Of a DNA stretch of 64,000 bases, positions 36,626 through 49,329 are shown one piece after another. Location: positions 684,395 through 748,394 of the forward strand of contig NIVC01000255.1 of assembly GCA_002269645.1 (NCBI GenBank), read 5' to 3'. This DNA comes from Macrostomum lignano. Lineage: Eukaryota. Below the pieces are notes generated by a model. The model was given only the letters and a program-made list of their open reading frames with translations, made no database searches and had not been told where the DNA came from. Both the position numbers and the translations under genes were made by a program. The first letter of the stretch is position 1; every line of letters starts with the position of its first letter.

Positions 36626-37874
36626 TGTAGAAAAATTATTGATTACCACAACGGGTCACAAGAAGGTGGGTGAAGGGGACATGTCCCCTCTGTTCCCCGG
36701 TGTCGACGCCCCTGTTGCTAAAAACACTAAAGAAGCAAATTTTCCAACTATATATAGAAATCGGCAATTTTCCAATAGAAATAGCTGGCAAAATAAAAAA
36801 TATTACAAAAGGGAAGCCATTTTATCTCAATAATTTCTTTTTCCATAGACAGAAAGGCAGGCAGCACCGTTCAGGCCATGACCGCTAAGGTTTTCCCAAA
36901 CCATCCCGAGGACCTATCCTGTCCTGTCCTCAGTTCCTCTCATTCTTTATCCCCAACCATGACAAGTATAGTATGTAGTATATAGTATAGTATGCAGTGC
37001 CATAAATCATCACTTGATACCTTGAATTGGCTGGGGTCTATACAGACAAGATGAGACAGAGACAGTCCAGTCTGTGCCTCTCTGTCTTCTCTGTCTGTGT
37101 CTGCCTGTCTTCATGGAGTTTTCCAAGCCTTAACTAGGATGGGGGGTGGCGGGGCTCGGTCCAGTCCAGTCGGGGGAGAGAGAGCCATGCAATTCGCTGA
37201 CGAATCGGTTGCGTAAAAGCTGTCTTGCGTAATAATAGGGTTCTGGCTGGGCCACAGTCTAAGGGTCCGCGGGTGGTGGCGGCTGGGGTGGCTGGCGTGA
37301 ATGTGGAACCCCCAGCGCCGTGTAACCCCCCATAACCCCACCCTATACACCCCGGCGGTGGATTGTCCTGAGGCTTCGGGGCAAAGACGAGGGCTCGGGG
37401 GCGTTCAGGGATGGATCACGTGATAGAGCTTAGAAATTTAGGGGGCTGTGGGGTGGGGTTTTGTGAAGAAGGCTTTTCCTGGCTATGGCCTATAGAAAGG
37501 CCTGATTACGCAATCGTTAGGCGGCCTTCTGCTCTCTCTCTCTCTCTCTCCCTCCGTCTGTCTCGTTCCAATTCGGCTTATTCATTCATTTCAAACGCGG
37601 CCCTTTGGAGGAGTATAGGAGTATATAGGCGGGGGTCCTCGTTCGCCGTTGGCTCGACCAATATAATTTCATCTCTTGGCCCTGTATATACCCCTTCCCC
37701 TATAGCACACACCAGTGTCCGAGTCGCGTAATTCGTAAGAGCAGAAAAGGCGACAGTGTTCGGAGAAAGAGAGAGAATTTCAGTCTGACTGACTCAGCTT
37801 ACTTACCAGATTTATAAACTTTGTAATACATATAGAAAACCGCTAGATGTCGAATACTTAGCGGCATTCGAATA

Positions 37875-40800
37875 ATGAATCCGCATGTCCTTAGCAACGG
37901 TATTCCGTTGCCAATGGACCACGCTGAAACGCTGGACCTGATCTGCAGTTTAGAGCGAGAAATTTTCTGTTCGGCAACCGACACCACAGATTCTGAGGAC
38001 AGATGGAGGTCTGCGACATCTGCGGCTGCTGAAACTTCCGTGTCGGTTGGTGCTGTTGTGTCGCCCGAGTCGTCTGAAGGCGACCCGGATCTCATTGTTC
38101 AGCAACAGCAGGAGCAGCAGACTAAAGCAGCCGCCACCATAACACTGGTTAAGTTGGAGCCGTCACAAAACCGGCAAAAAGTTGAACAGGAGGAAGTCGG
38201 TAGCCATGCCAACAACAACAACACCAACAATAATAACAACAATGAGGATGCAGCCACTGCTGCTGCTGCTGATAACGATTTGACACCGCCTCGAGTGTAC
38301 AAACCTTGCGTTGTGTGCGGCGACAAGAGCTCCGGTTATCACTACGGTGTCAGCTCGTGCGAAGGCTGCAAGGTGAGGCACCAGTTTTAAGATTTGTGAA
38401 GTTTAAAATGTGATCTGTTGCTTAGTGTTAGTCTTGGCCTGTAGTGTAATACGTGACCTGTAGCTTAGGGTTAGTCTTGGCCTGTAGTTTAACATGTGAT
38501 CTGTAGCTTAGGGTTAGTCTTGGCCTGTAGTGTAACATGTGATCTGTAGCTTAGGGTTAGTCTTGGCCTGTAGTTTAACATGTGATCTGTAGCTTAGGGT
38601 TAGTCTTGGCCTGTAGTGTAACATGTGATCTGTAGCTTAGGGTTAGTCTTGGCCTGTAGTGTAACATGTGATCTGCAGCTTATAGGTTGATCTTGGCCTG
38701 TAGTGTAACACCAGGGTTGATCTAGGCCCCTGGAGTGCAGCCTACAAAGAACATGTACTTTGATAATCGTACACATAAAACGTTCCAACCAAACGTTCTT
38801 ACAGGGCTTCTTCCGTCGCAGCATTCAGAAGAGTCTCGTGTACAGCTGTCAGAAATCCGATCAATGCGAGGTGACCAGACAGACCAGGAACAGGTGTCAG
38901 TCTTGCCGGCTGAGAAAGTGCATCGCTGGCGGCATGTCTAGGGAGGCTGTTCGAACCGATGCGACATCATCGGGAACAGTGAGAACAGCTCAAGCCTGCC
39001 AGCAGCAGCAGCAGCAGCAGTTGCTGTCAGAGTCAGACACTCAATTGTTGGAATCACTGAGCCGAGCCTACGCAGAGCTGATTGACAGACGAGTTGACAA
39101 GAATTCCGTCGAAGAAGAATCTGTTGCAGATTCTGAGGCGCAGATAAGCGGAGACAATGAAACTGATGCGGGGGCGGAGAGAGTCTGGCAGCTCACTGAC
39201 CTGCTGTCGGTGAGTTCACAGTCGCATTATACTGGCTGTTTATTGAATAATAATGTGGCATGTGTAGGATACTACTATAAGTAAACAGAACGGATATGTC
39301 ACCGTATTTGTTTATCTAAATGTGCTCAAGTTGCTAAATCAGTGCTCAACCAGTATACGTGTTTGAGTCAGTGTACCGATGGGGCCTCATAGTCTGTCAG
39401 TGACTCAATTACATCATAATACACTTAATTAGACCATAAAGAACTCGATTAGACAATCAGTGACTCAATTAGACCACGAATTACTCAATTAGACCACCAA
39501 TGACTCAATTAGACCATCAATGACTCAATTAGACCATGAATGACTCAATTAGACCATCAGTGACTCAACTGGTGCCCTAGTGACTCAGTCAGAATGTCAC
39601 TGATGACTCAACTACTGTTGCCAGACTCAATCAGTGCATCCCAGTGACTCAAGCCTCATCGCCAACTCCCCCAGGTGTCGTCAGTGCAGCGCGTGATCTC
39701 ATTCGCCGAGCGCTGCCCGAGTTCAGCAGCCTCCTGCCCGAAGATCAGAGCACCCTATTGAAGTGCGCGATGCACGAAATCCTCGTGCTGCAGCTGGCCA
39801 GCAGCTACGACAGCCAGACTGACCGATTCCAGTTCTCGTCAACCAGCATCAGCTCCGCCGGGCTTGAGGCTCTGGGATTTCGGCATATTCTGCACAATCT
39901 GGCCCAGATTGGCAGCAGCTTGGCGCGCCACCGACTTGTCAGCGAGGAGCTGGCGCTGCTGGCAGCCGTGGCCATCTTTGCCGACGGTGAGTCCGGCCAG
40001 CTCAGCGCTGTGTACCGTCTGACACAGCTTCAGTGCCCGCAGCTGCCTGCATCTACTATGAGTAGCTCTTGTCTCATTCTGTTCCGTTCTTTCTTCCATA
40101 ACTCGCTGTCTTCCTACTCTCACTCTCTATCGGAATCTGCATCTCACTCTCTCTCTTACCCTCCCTCTTACTGCCCTCTCACTCTCCCTCTCGCTCTCCT
40201 CTCACTCTCCTCTCACTCTCTCACTCTCTATCGGAATCTGCATCTCACTCTCTCTCTTACCCTCCCTCTTACTGCCCTCTCAATCTCCCTCTCGCTCTCC
40301 TTCTCACTCTCCTCTCTCACTCTCCCCTCTCACTCTTCCCTCTCACTCTCCCCTCTCACTCTCCCCTCTCACTCTCCCCTCTCACTCTCCCTCTCACTCT
40401 CCCCTCTCACTCTCCCTCTCACTCTCCCCTCTCAATCTCTTCTCTCACTCTCCCCTCTCACTCTCCCCTCTCACTCTCCCCTCTCACTCTCCCCTCTCAC
40501 TCTCCCCTCTCACTCTCCCCTCTCACTCTCCCCTCTCACTCTCCCCTCTCACTCTCCCCTCTCACTCTCCCCTCTCACTCTCCCCTCTCACTCTCCCCTC
40601 TCAATCTCTTCTCTCACTCTCCCCTCTCACTCTCCCCTCTCACTCTCCCCTCTCACTCTCCCCTCTCACTCTCCCCTCTCACTCTCCCCTCTCACTCTCC
40701 CTCTCAATCTCTTCTCTCACTCTCCCCTCTCACTCTCCCCTCTCACTCTCCCCTCTCACTCTCCCCTCTCACTCACTCATTTTCTCCCAGTTTTCCTTTC

Positions 40801-42344
40801 CTCTTCCTATCCCTACTCAATGGTCCTCAGTCACACTGTCTGCACCAGTTTCCGCTTTCACTATTCTCCCATGCTCCCATCCTAATGCCCCGTCTCCAGA
40901 TTCGCAAATTAATCATTTAAATGCATTTCTATTATAATGATGCGAGCCCAATTCTACCAGGGGGATCTCTGAATTGACTTGAATTGAAAACAAAACTGCA
41001 GATCACATGGAGCTGAAGGACCCAGATCGCGTGTCCCAGTGCCAGCAGAAAATCCTCGGCTTGCTGCTGCGCTACCTCAGAGCTGCCCATCCGAACGATC
41101 GGGTCCGATTGGCCAGGATCGTCTCCACTGTTGTGCAGCTCAGGGAGGTGTCAGTCAAAGGTATGCAGTTTGATTGCGCAACATCGTCTCACCAACATGC
41201 AGCGCTGACGGCAGCTCTGCCCATTCCACTGACTCCTGAGCAGATGCAAGCGCGCCAATACCGTACTCATTCACACGCTCACCTCAGTCTCACTTCCAGT
41301 CTCATCCCCCAGTCTCACCTCAGTCTCATCTCCAGTCTCATCCCGTCTCATCCCAGTCTCATCCCCCAGTCTCATCCCCCAGTCTCACCTCAGTCTCATC
41401 CCCAGTCTCATCCTGAGTCTCACTCCCAGTCTCATCCTGAGTCTCATCCTGAGTCTCACTCCCAGTCTCATCCTGAGTCTCATCCTGAGTCTCACTCCCA
41501 GTCTCACCCCCAGTCTCATCCTGAGTCTCACTCCCAGTATCACTCCCAGTCTCACCCCCAGTCTCACCACCAGTCTCATCCCACAGTCTCACCCCCAGTC
41601 TCATCCCCCAGTCTCACTCCCAGTCTCATCCCCCAGTCTCACCTCAGTCTCATCCCCAGTCTCACCTTAGTCTTATCCCAAGTCTCATCCTCAGTCTCAC
41701 CCACAGTCTCATCCCCCAGTTTTATCTCCAGTCTCACACCCAGTCTCACCTCAGTCTCACCCCCAGTCTCATCCTGAGTCTCACTCCCAGTCTCACTCCC
41801 AGTCTCATCCCCCAGTCTCATCCCCAGTCTCATCTCCAGTCTTATCCCAAGTCTCATCCTCAGTCTCACCCACAGTCTCATCCCCCAGTTTTATCCCCAG
41901 TCTAACCCCCAGTCTCGCCCCAGTCTCACCCCCAGTCTCATCCTGAGTCTCACTTCCAGTCTCATCCCCCAGTCTCACCCCAGTCTCACCCCCAGTCTCA
42001 TCCCACAGTCTCACCCCAGTCTCATCCCCCAGTCTCACTCCCAGTCTCATCCCACAGTCTCACCCCCAGTCTCATCCCCCAGTCTCACTCTCAGTCTCAT
42101 CCCCCAGTCTCACCTCAGTCTCATCCCCAGTCTCATCTCCAGTCTTATCCCAAGTCTCATCCTCAGTCTCACCCACAGTCTCACCCCAGTCTTTCCAGTC
42201 TCATCCCAATCTATTCTGCATTCTGTCTCGCGCTCCGCAGGTTCTGGCAACGTGCTGCAGCTGAAGATGCAGCACGCAGGCGGCGAGGTCCCCCCTCTGG
42301 TGGCGGAGATCATGGACCGCGAAGACATCATCTCGTATCCGTGA
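37875..42344 (+). CDS. RAR: Retinoic acid receptor (NR1B)-like nuclear receptor, 5 exons, ~492 aa
   Basis: Exons 37875-38372, 38805-39209, 39675-39986, 41002-41160, 42241-42344. [32 protein letters not shown]|[15 protein letters not shown]...[23 protein letters not shown] closely follows the RAR pattern ([26 protein letters not shown]). LBD: [39 protein letters not shown] (AF-2, cf. RARa LKMEIPGSMPPLIQEML). One C appears missing at ~39713. Confidence 0.88.
38410..38715. repeat. 43-bp tandem repeat, RAR intron 1
   Basis: TGTGATCTGTAGCTTAGGGTTAGTCTTGGCCTGTAGTKTAACA starting at 38495, 38538, 38581. Confidence 0.92.
39395..39645. repeat. Degenerate ~20-bp TGACTCAATTAGACCA repeat, RAR intron 2
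   Basis: Repeated TGACTCAA cores. Confidence 0.8.
40130..40770. repeat. 13-bp CT-rich minisatellite (CTCACTCTCCCCT)n, RAR intron 3
   Basis: Tandem periodicity. Confidence 0.94.
41280..42210. repeat. ~12-bp minisatellite (CAGTCTCATCCC)n, RAR intron 4
   Basis: Tandem periodicity with higher-order duplications. Confidence 0.94.
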
Positions 42345-42894
42345 TTCAATCGGTTAGAAGTCCTTGAATTGCTTCGATAATATCCCAGAGTTCAGATATA
42401 TAAAATGTTTAATAATTAAACGCAGTATTAAACGCTGGAGTCTAACAGTTTCTTAAGCTCGTATTTTTTGCTTGATTTTTTTTCATCACTCTGCATCATA
42501 GGATGCGCAGTTGCTATGGGAAACTGACCATAATTCCCTTTTGTTAGCCAACGACATTGCATCCTTGTACATAGCCAACAAAGCAAAGGTTCGTATTCAG
42601 GGATATTGTGAATAAATTTGCATTATATAACATTAGTGTTGTGTGCACTATTTATTTGTCACAATATTTTTCAACAAAAATTATCGATCCTTATATTTTT
42701 TCCAAGCCGCTCCTACTTCAGACCAGCTTCAGATGTTTGTTATACAATTTCTCCACTGCGGTGTACATACTGTGCGTACTCTTCATTTATTGCTTTTCAT
42801 ACTGGTGACTATTGCTGTACTTTTACACGCATTTGGACTGTTTTGTGATTTCACTATCAGCAATGATGACTAATTACTCTGCAGCTACCTGACT

Positions 42895-43400
42895 CCTTGT
42901 GTCACTCCCATCCCTCCGTGTGTCACTCCCATCCCCGTGTGTCACTCCCATCCCGTGTCAGTTCCATCACCGTGTGTCACTCCCACCCCTCCGTGTGTCA
43001 CTCCCATCCCTCAGTGTGTCACTCCCATCCCCGTGTGTCACTCCCATCCCTCCGTGTATCACTCCTATCCCTCCGTGTGTCACTCCCATCCCCGTGTATC
43101 ACTCCCATCCCTCCGTGTGTCACTCCAATCCCTCCGTGTGTCACTCCCACCCCTCCGTGTGTCACTCCCATCCCCGTGTGTCACTCCCATCCCTCCATGT
43201 GTCACTCCCATCCCCCCGTGTATCACTCCCATCCCTCAGTGTGTCACTCCCATCCGCGTGTATCACTCCCATCCGCGTGTATCACTCCCATCCGCGTGTA
43301 TCGCTCCCATCCGCGTGTATCACTCCCATCCCCGTGTCACTCCCATCCGCGTGTGTCACTCTCATCCCCATGTGTCACCCCCATCCGCGTGTGTCACACC
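42895..43400. repeat. ~20-22-bp minisatellite (GTGTCACTCCCATCCCTCCGT)n
   Basis: Tandem periodicity. Confidence 0.92.
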
Positions 43401-44084
43401 ACTATCAATACCCCAAGATAAAAATTGGCATCAACTCTATTTCAAATCATTCATTTAAAAAATATTTCTGTGGCTATTAATATAGCGAAAATGTTAAATT
43501 GATTTACAACCCTTCAAGAAGCTCAAATCTAAAATGTATATTTATCCTGCTCTTGCTGTAAACTATCGCTGTAGTTTGATATTTTCGTCATTTTTATTTG
43601 TAACATTTTTCCATTTTTATTCCAAATATTTTTATGGCTAACTATTAATTCACTTGTTCGCATTGTGCGAGCCTTATTTTCTGAGCGAAACTATGAGTGC
43701 TTCACTAACTCGTACCGAAACAATCAGTATGCGCGTATTTTTGTTTTACTTATTGTACGTCGTACAAATTTAAATTAATACTATTTTGCGCATTATAACA
43801 AATACGAAACCGGTCAAATCTGTTAATTTTTGTTTAAAAGCATTTTTCGCAAGCTTCAACCGCTAAAAACCAATCATATTTTTCTTATGAGCAAACAATT
43901 TACTATTAATGTACTTTATGCGTAAACCACTTTCTTGTCTCAAAAGACATTAATGCTAAATTAATGCATATTTTTATCTATTTCAATAAACGACTGAGTT
44001 TTACGAGCTTCGTGTCGGATTATTGTTTTAAATTTGAAGTTTGCCTTCGTCTTGATATTCTATGTTGTTAATACTCTCTGTATG

Positions 44085-44720
44085 GCTGTCTGTCTGTCTG
44101 GCTGTCTGTTTGTCTGTTTGTGTCTGTTTGTCTGTCTGTCTGTCTGCCTTAGTGTCTGTCTTAGTGTCTGTTTTAGTGTCTGTCTTAGTGTCTGTCTTAG
44201 TGTCTGTCTTAGTGTCTTTCTTAGTGTCTGTCTTAGTGTCTGTCTGTCTTAATGTCTGGCTTAGTGTCTGTCTTAGTGGCTGTCTTAGTGTCTGTCTTAG
44301 TGGCTGTCTTAGTGTCTGTCTTAGTGGCTGTCTGTCTGTCTTAGTGTCTTTCTTAGTGTCTGTCTGTCTGTCTTAGTGTCTGTCTGTCTGTCTTAGTGTC
44401 TGTCTTAGTGTCTGTCTGTCTGTCTTAGTGTCTTTCTTAGTGTCTGTCTGTCTGTCTTAGTGTCTGTCTTAGTGTCTGTCTGTCTGTCTTAGTGTCTTTC
44501 TTACTGTCTGTCTGTCTGTCTTAGTGTCTGTCTGTCTGTCTTAGTGTCTGTCTTAGTGTCTGTCTGTCTGTCTTAGTGTCTGTCTTAGTGTCTGTCTGTC
44601 TTAATGTCTGGCTTAGTGTCTGTCTTAGTGGCTGTCTTAGTGTCTGTCTTAGTGGCTGTCTTAGTGTCTGTCTTAGTGGCTGTCTTAGTGTCTGTCTTAG
44701 TGGCTGTCTGTCTGTCTTAG

Positions 44721-44757
<37 letters not shown>

Positions 44758-44758
44758 G
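44085..44758. repeat. 12-bp (TGTCTTAGTGTC)n mixed with (TGTC)n
   Basis: Tandem periodicity. Confidence 0.93.
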
Positions 44759-45011
44759 GCTGAGCAACAGTTTCAAAAGGAATTAACAGTTTCAAGCGGA
44801 ATTAACACAAAGACGCGACCCGAAGATTTTCAGGCCTTTCGGTTTGCAAAGTGATTTCAAAGATCTGTCATTGTATTTTTGTAGCGTTTTTGAAATTGTT
44901 GCTTCAAATGTTGGATTGCAGAGTCCTCGGGATGGCGTGCTCAATCTGCAGACAGGAATTCCTTCTGCTTGATGAAGCTGCAGTCACAGGTGCTTGGCTG
45001 CTCCCCAGCTC

Positions 45012-46118
45012 TCAGCTGCCATAAAAGTGTCGGCTCGTCAGTCGCTTGCCAAACCTGCAATGGGCACGCGTAGAAAAATCGCTTGAAACATTTTTGTCAG
45101 TTTGAGAGTTCAAGACTGACAGTTGCTGGGTTGCATGGGGGGGATTTTCACCTCGATTTTTTCCCTAGCAGGAGCAGAGGGCGCGTGGGAGGCGCCTGGC
45201 AACAATAGCAGGATTGCAGCGGACGCCGTGGCCCGAGTCCTCTTCGCTCGGGTTGAGCTCAAACTGTTGTACAAGGAATTCTTTTGTTTTTTATCTATGA
45301 ATATGATTAGGATCCTTACCTACAGCTGACTTTCTCTCCCAGCATGTTTTTTTTCACAGCGCTGGCGTGTGTTCACAGCTAGCAGTTGCTGGCTTCACTC
45401 AACTCTCTTCTTCATTCTTCTCATGCTACTTGGAAGCCACTTGAACTGTCTGCCACCTGGCTCTCTTTTCGCACTTTCACGTTGTCACATTGACATTCGA
45501 AATCTCATGCATGTAGCTTTTTTTAGCGATGTATATTTTTTTTAGGCGCTAGATTAGATAATTAATCTCTTAATAAAGACAACTAATTAATAACCAGATA
45601 AGATGTTTAGGGCCCCCGATTAAATAGTTAAACGCCATATTAGATAATTAGGCGACAGTGCTAAGACGATTAGGCACTGGATTAGATAATTAGGTGCTAA
45701 ATAAATTTGTTAGGCACCAAATAAACAGGTTAAGCGCTAGTTTAGATAATTAGATGAGACAATTAGGTAAAATATTAGATAATTAGGCAGCAGCTTAGAT
45801 AATTAGGCGGTAGATTGGATATTTAGGCAGCAGGTTAGATAATTAAGCAGCAGATTAAATAATTAGGCGGCCTCACCTCTGCCTGCCCAGCAGTTTCAGG
45901 TAAGTCTCCAGCCGGTCCATGTACGCTTCGAATTGCTCAGCCGATTCAAATTTTGGCGGCGCCACCGAGAATTGACGGCGTCTGGCCAGCCGGTGGGGGA
46001 CAGTCCAACCAAAGTCCGCGTCGTTTTCTCCTGGCTGAGTTGCCATGGCAACCGTTGAAGTGACGGCCAACAGAACTAGCGGCAGGGATATTAGAAGCAC
46101 GCGAGCAGCGATTCCCAT
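45012..46118 (-). CDS. NPF: Neuropeptide F (NPY-family) precursor, 2 exons, 94 aa; mature peptide QFSVAPPKFESAEQFEAYMDRLETYLKLLGRQRF-amide
   Basis: Exons 46118-45877 and 45054-45012. Signal peptide, RRR cleavage site, Tyr at positions 10 and 17 from the C-terminus, GRQRF followed by GKR amidation/cleavage signal. Phase-2 intron inside the penultimate Arg codon (AG|GTGAGG...TTGCAG|G), as in NPY/NPF genes. Confidence 0.93.
45560..45870. repeat. Degenerate TTAGATAATTAGGC repeat in the NPF intron
   Basis: Repeated core abutting the donor at 45876. Confidence 0.8.
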
Positions 46119-46339
46119 ATCGGCAGAGGTCAGTTTCTTCTCAGAAAAAAAGTTCTCAACTCTAGCTCGCACAGTTTATCGGCAGAGGTCGGCTCTGGTG
46201 GATCAGCTTTGGGATTTTTGTACCGCTTTTTAGTCGCTGCTTATTGGACTTGGGACTGTTGAGAAACCCCCGTGTGCGTACCTGATTGGGTGTGTTGCTG
46301 TGAGGATTTGAGCCAAACTTTTGTCCTGGCCTGAGAGAA

Positions 46340-46740
46340 GAGAGGGAAAATTGAGAAAAAGTAACAGAGGAGAGAGGAGAGGGGAGAGATGAGAGAAAAG
46401 AGGGGAGAGGAGACCAGAAGAGATGTGAGAGGAGAATAGAGAGATGAGAGAGGAGAGGGGAGAGATGAGATAAGGGGAGGGAAAGATGAGATAGGAGAGG
46501 GGAGAGATAAGACCGGAGAAGAGGAGAATTGAGAGAGGAGAATTGAGAGATGAGAGAGAAGAGGGGAGAGATGGGAGAGGAGAGGGGAGAGATGGGAGAG
46601 GAGAGGGGAGAGATAGAGAGAAGGATGGAGAGATGAGAAAGGAAAGGGGTTGAGATACTCGTAAGAGGGGAGAGAGGCTGGGGAGAGATGAGAGGGGAGA
46701 GAGGGGAGCGGGGAGAACCGGTGAGAGAGGGAAGATGAGC
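46340..46740. repeat. GA-rich low-complexity tract
   Basis: Nearly pure purine on the plus strand. Confidence 0.88.
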
Positions 46741-47199
46741 GGGTTGAGGGAATAGTTCTACAAACAAACTAGATTAATTGAGAAACTACACTCAATTTCT
46801 CACAAGCTGTTTTTTTGCTTATTTGGGCTCAACGAAATTACAAAGCTGATATTCTGCTCACGTTTGACGCTCATACATAGTACATATATTTAGATTCTTA
46901 ATTCTGTAAAAGTTAAATTCGAGTCATGATTGGCTTTTTAATTTAAATTAGAATTTCGAAAAAAGCACATTACGGGTGCATGTTACAATAATGAACGCAC
47001 ATCCTTGTCCTTAATTAAAGGACTTCAATTACTCACTTTTCCCAACTCCGAGTAAAGCTAGATTATAAGGCCGACCATGATACCGGCATATTGAACTCTA
47101 TTATGCAGCAATTTAAAAACTAACTAAGGCCCAAAATAAATTAACAAGAATGTTTGGGCACCACTGCACCAGCTCAGAATAATTGATAAGCAACGTGGA

Positions 47200-48660
47200 T
47201 GATATTGTTAAGCGCCCTGTACATGTTAGGCTTCGCAGATTAATACTGATAAGTGGATCGATAAGCGCCATAGATTAAGCCTCCTGTACACGATCGATAA
47301 GGGCCAGAGAAATATTGTTAAGCGTCACAGGCATACTGATAAGCGCCATGAAGAGCGATAAGAGCGATATGATAAGCGGAATGCAAAGGTTTAATACGAG
47401 CCACAGTACATGTACATATTTATCTCTACAGAGAATGACTGATAAGCATCATAGAAAAGTTTATTACGCGCGATGGAAAGGATTGTTAAGGGCTATTGAT
47501 AAGTCGATTTTTAAGCGTCATATAATTGTTAAGCGTCATTAGAGCTAAGATTTTTAAACACCAAGGATAAGATAAATGTAAATAAGCGCCATGGATAGTA
47601 TTGATTTAGATGAGATTATTAAAATCATGGATAAGATTGATAAGCGCCATGGAGAGTATTGATAAGCGCCATGGAAAAGAATGATAAGCGCCATGGATAA
47701 GATTGATAAGCGCCATGGAAAAGAATGATAAGCGCCATGGATAAGATTGATAAGCGCCATGGAAAAGAATGATAAGCGCCATGGATAAGACTGATAAGCG
47801 CCATGGATAAGATTGATAAGCGCCATGGTTTAGATTGATAAGCGCCATGGATAAGATTGATAAGCACCATAGATAATATTGATAAGCGCCATGGATAAGA
47901 TTAATAAGCGCCATATATAAGATTGATAAGCCATGGTTAGGACTGATAAGCGCCATGGATAAGATTGATAAGCGCCATGGTTAAGACTGATAAGCACCAT
48001 GGATAAGATTGATAAACGCCATGGATAAGATTGATAAGCGCCATGGAAGACTGATAAGCGCCATGGTTTAGATTTATAAGCGCCATGGAAGACTGATAAG
48101 CGCCATGGTTTAGATTGATAAGCGCCATGGATAATATTGATAAGCACCATAGATAATATTGATAAGCGCCATGGATAAGATTGATAAGCCATGGTTAAGA
48201 CTGATAAGCGCCATGGATAAGATTGATAAGCGCCATGGTTAAGACTGATAAGCACCATGGATAAGATTGATAAGCGCCATGGATAAGATTGATAAGCGCC
48301 ATGGAAGACTGATAAGCGCCATGGTTTAGATTGATAAGCGCCATGGAAGACTGATAAGCGCCATGGTTTAGATTGATAAGCGCCATGGATAAGATTGATA
48401 AGCACCATAGATAATATTGATAAGCGCCATGGATAAGATTGATAAGCCATGGTTAAGACTGATAAGCGCCATGGATAAGATTGATAAGCGCCATGGTTAA
48501 GACTGATAAGCACCATGGATAAGATTGATAAGCGCCATGGATAAGATTGATAAGCGCCATGGATAAGATTGATAGGCGCCATGGATAAGATTGATAAGCG
48601 CCATGGATAAGACTGATAAGCGCCATGGATAAGATTGATAAGCGCCATGGATAAGATTGA
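47200..48660. repeat. 22-bp minisatellite (GATAAGCGCCATGGATAAGATT)n with degenerate 5' part
   Basis: Tandem periodicity from ~47580; GATAAGCG/TTAAGCG cores upstream. Confidence 0.93.
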
Positions 48661-48762
48661 TGGTCAAAATTATAAACTCAGAGAACAACAGAAATGGATT
48701 TAATGCCAAAATAAAAATAGCAACTGTAGAAGCTGTAGTTTATTTTTAAGCTAAAAAGCATT

Positions 48763-48763
48763 T

Positions 48764-48811
<48 letters not shown>
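48763..48811. repeat. (AAT)n microsatellite
   Basis: Pure trinucleotide run. Confidence 0.95.
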
Positions 48812-49329
48812 GTCGGACAAATTTGGCTTACAACTGATTAAACGTGAATTTATCGCAGTACGGTTTTATAGTCTAATTAACTGTGTGCAATATGCAAGAG
48901 GTTTATAATTAAGAAAATTATGTGCTGAAACACTTGCGTTGCATACTACTGTCAGCTCTGTTAGTAGAGTAAGTAGCAAATTAAAATTAGACACACAAAA
49001 AACGGCACGATGAAAGCCGGAAAACACAAAAAGCGAGAAATACTAGCACAGACACTTAAAACAGGAAGAGGACGAACGATCTTATTGTTAAACAAAATAT
49101 AATGTGTTTATTCAACCAGACTGGGTAAAAATGATAGTCAGACGATTGCGCAGCGATATTTGGAAGAAACAAAAAACAAATTGTTAAAAAAGCGCAAATG
49201 TTTTGAACTGCAAAAACACCAGGACAATTAAAAATGGGGGTGAAGGGGATTAGCAAAGCAGAAGGTCGAAAACAATGAAAATAAATCATGTGATAGGGCA
49301 AGTACATTAATGGGAAAGCAGAGGGGAAA

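Noticed and set aside
36670-36714. GGGGACATGTCCCC...GTGTCGACGCCCCTG resembling a MITE terminus next to the 21-bp repeat
   Set aside because: No matching inverted partner or TSD was found upstream in the window.
39644-39712. Supplied ORF frame [17 protein letters not shown] as the start of RAR exon 3
   Set aside because: The phase does not match the upstream donor. The shifted frame [13 protein letters not shown](L)PEF fits the phase and the RAR helix 3-4 spacing exactly.
40000-41777. Long Ser/Leu/Pro/His-rich ORF extensions of RAR exons
   Set aside because: Read-through past GT donors (39987, 41161) into intronic minisatellites.
29150-46815. 17-bp TCTCACAAGCTGTTTTT shared by ~29154 and ~46798
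   Set aside because: The match is too short and does not extend into flanks; it cannot be assigned to an element.
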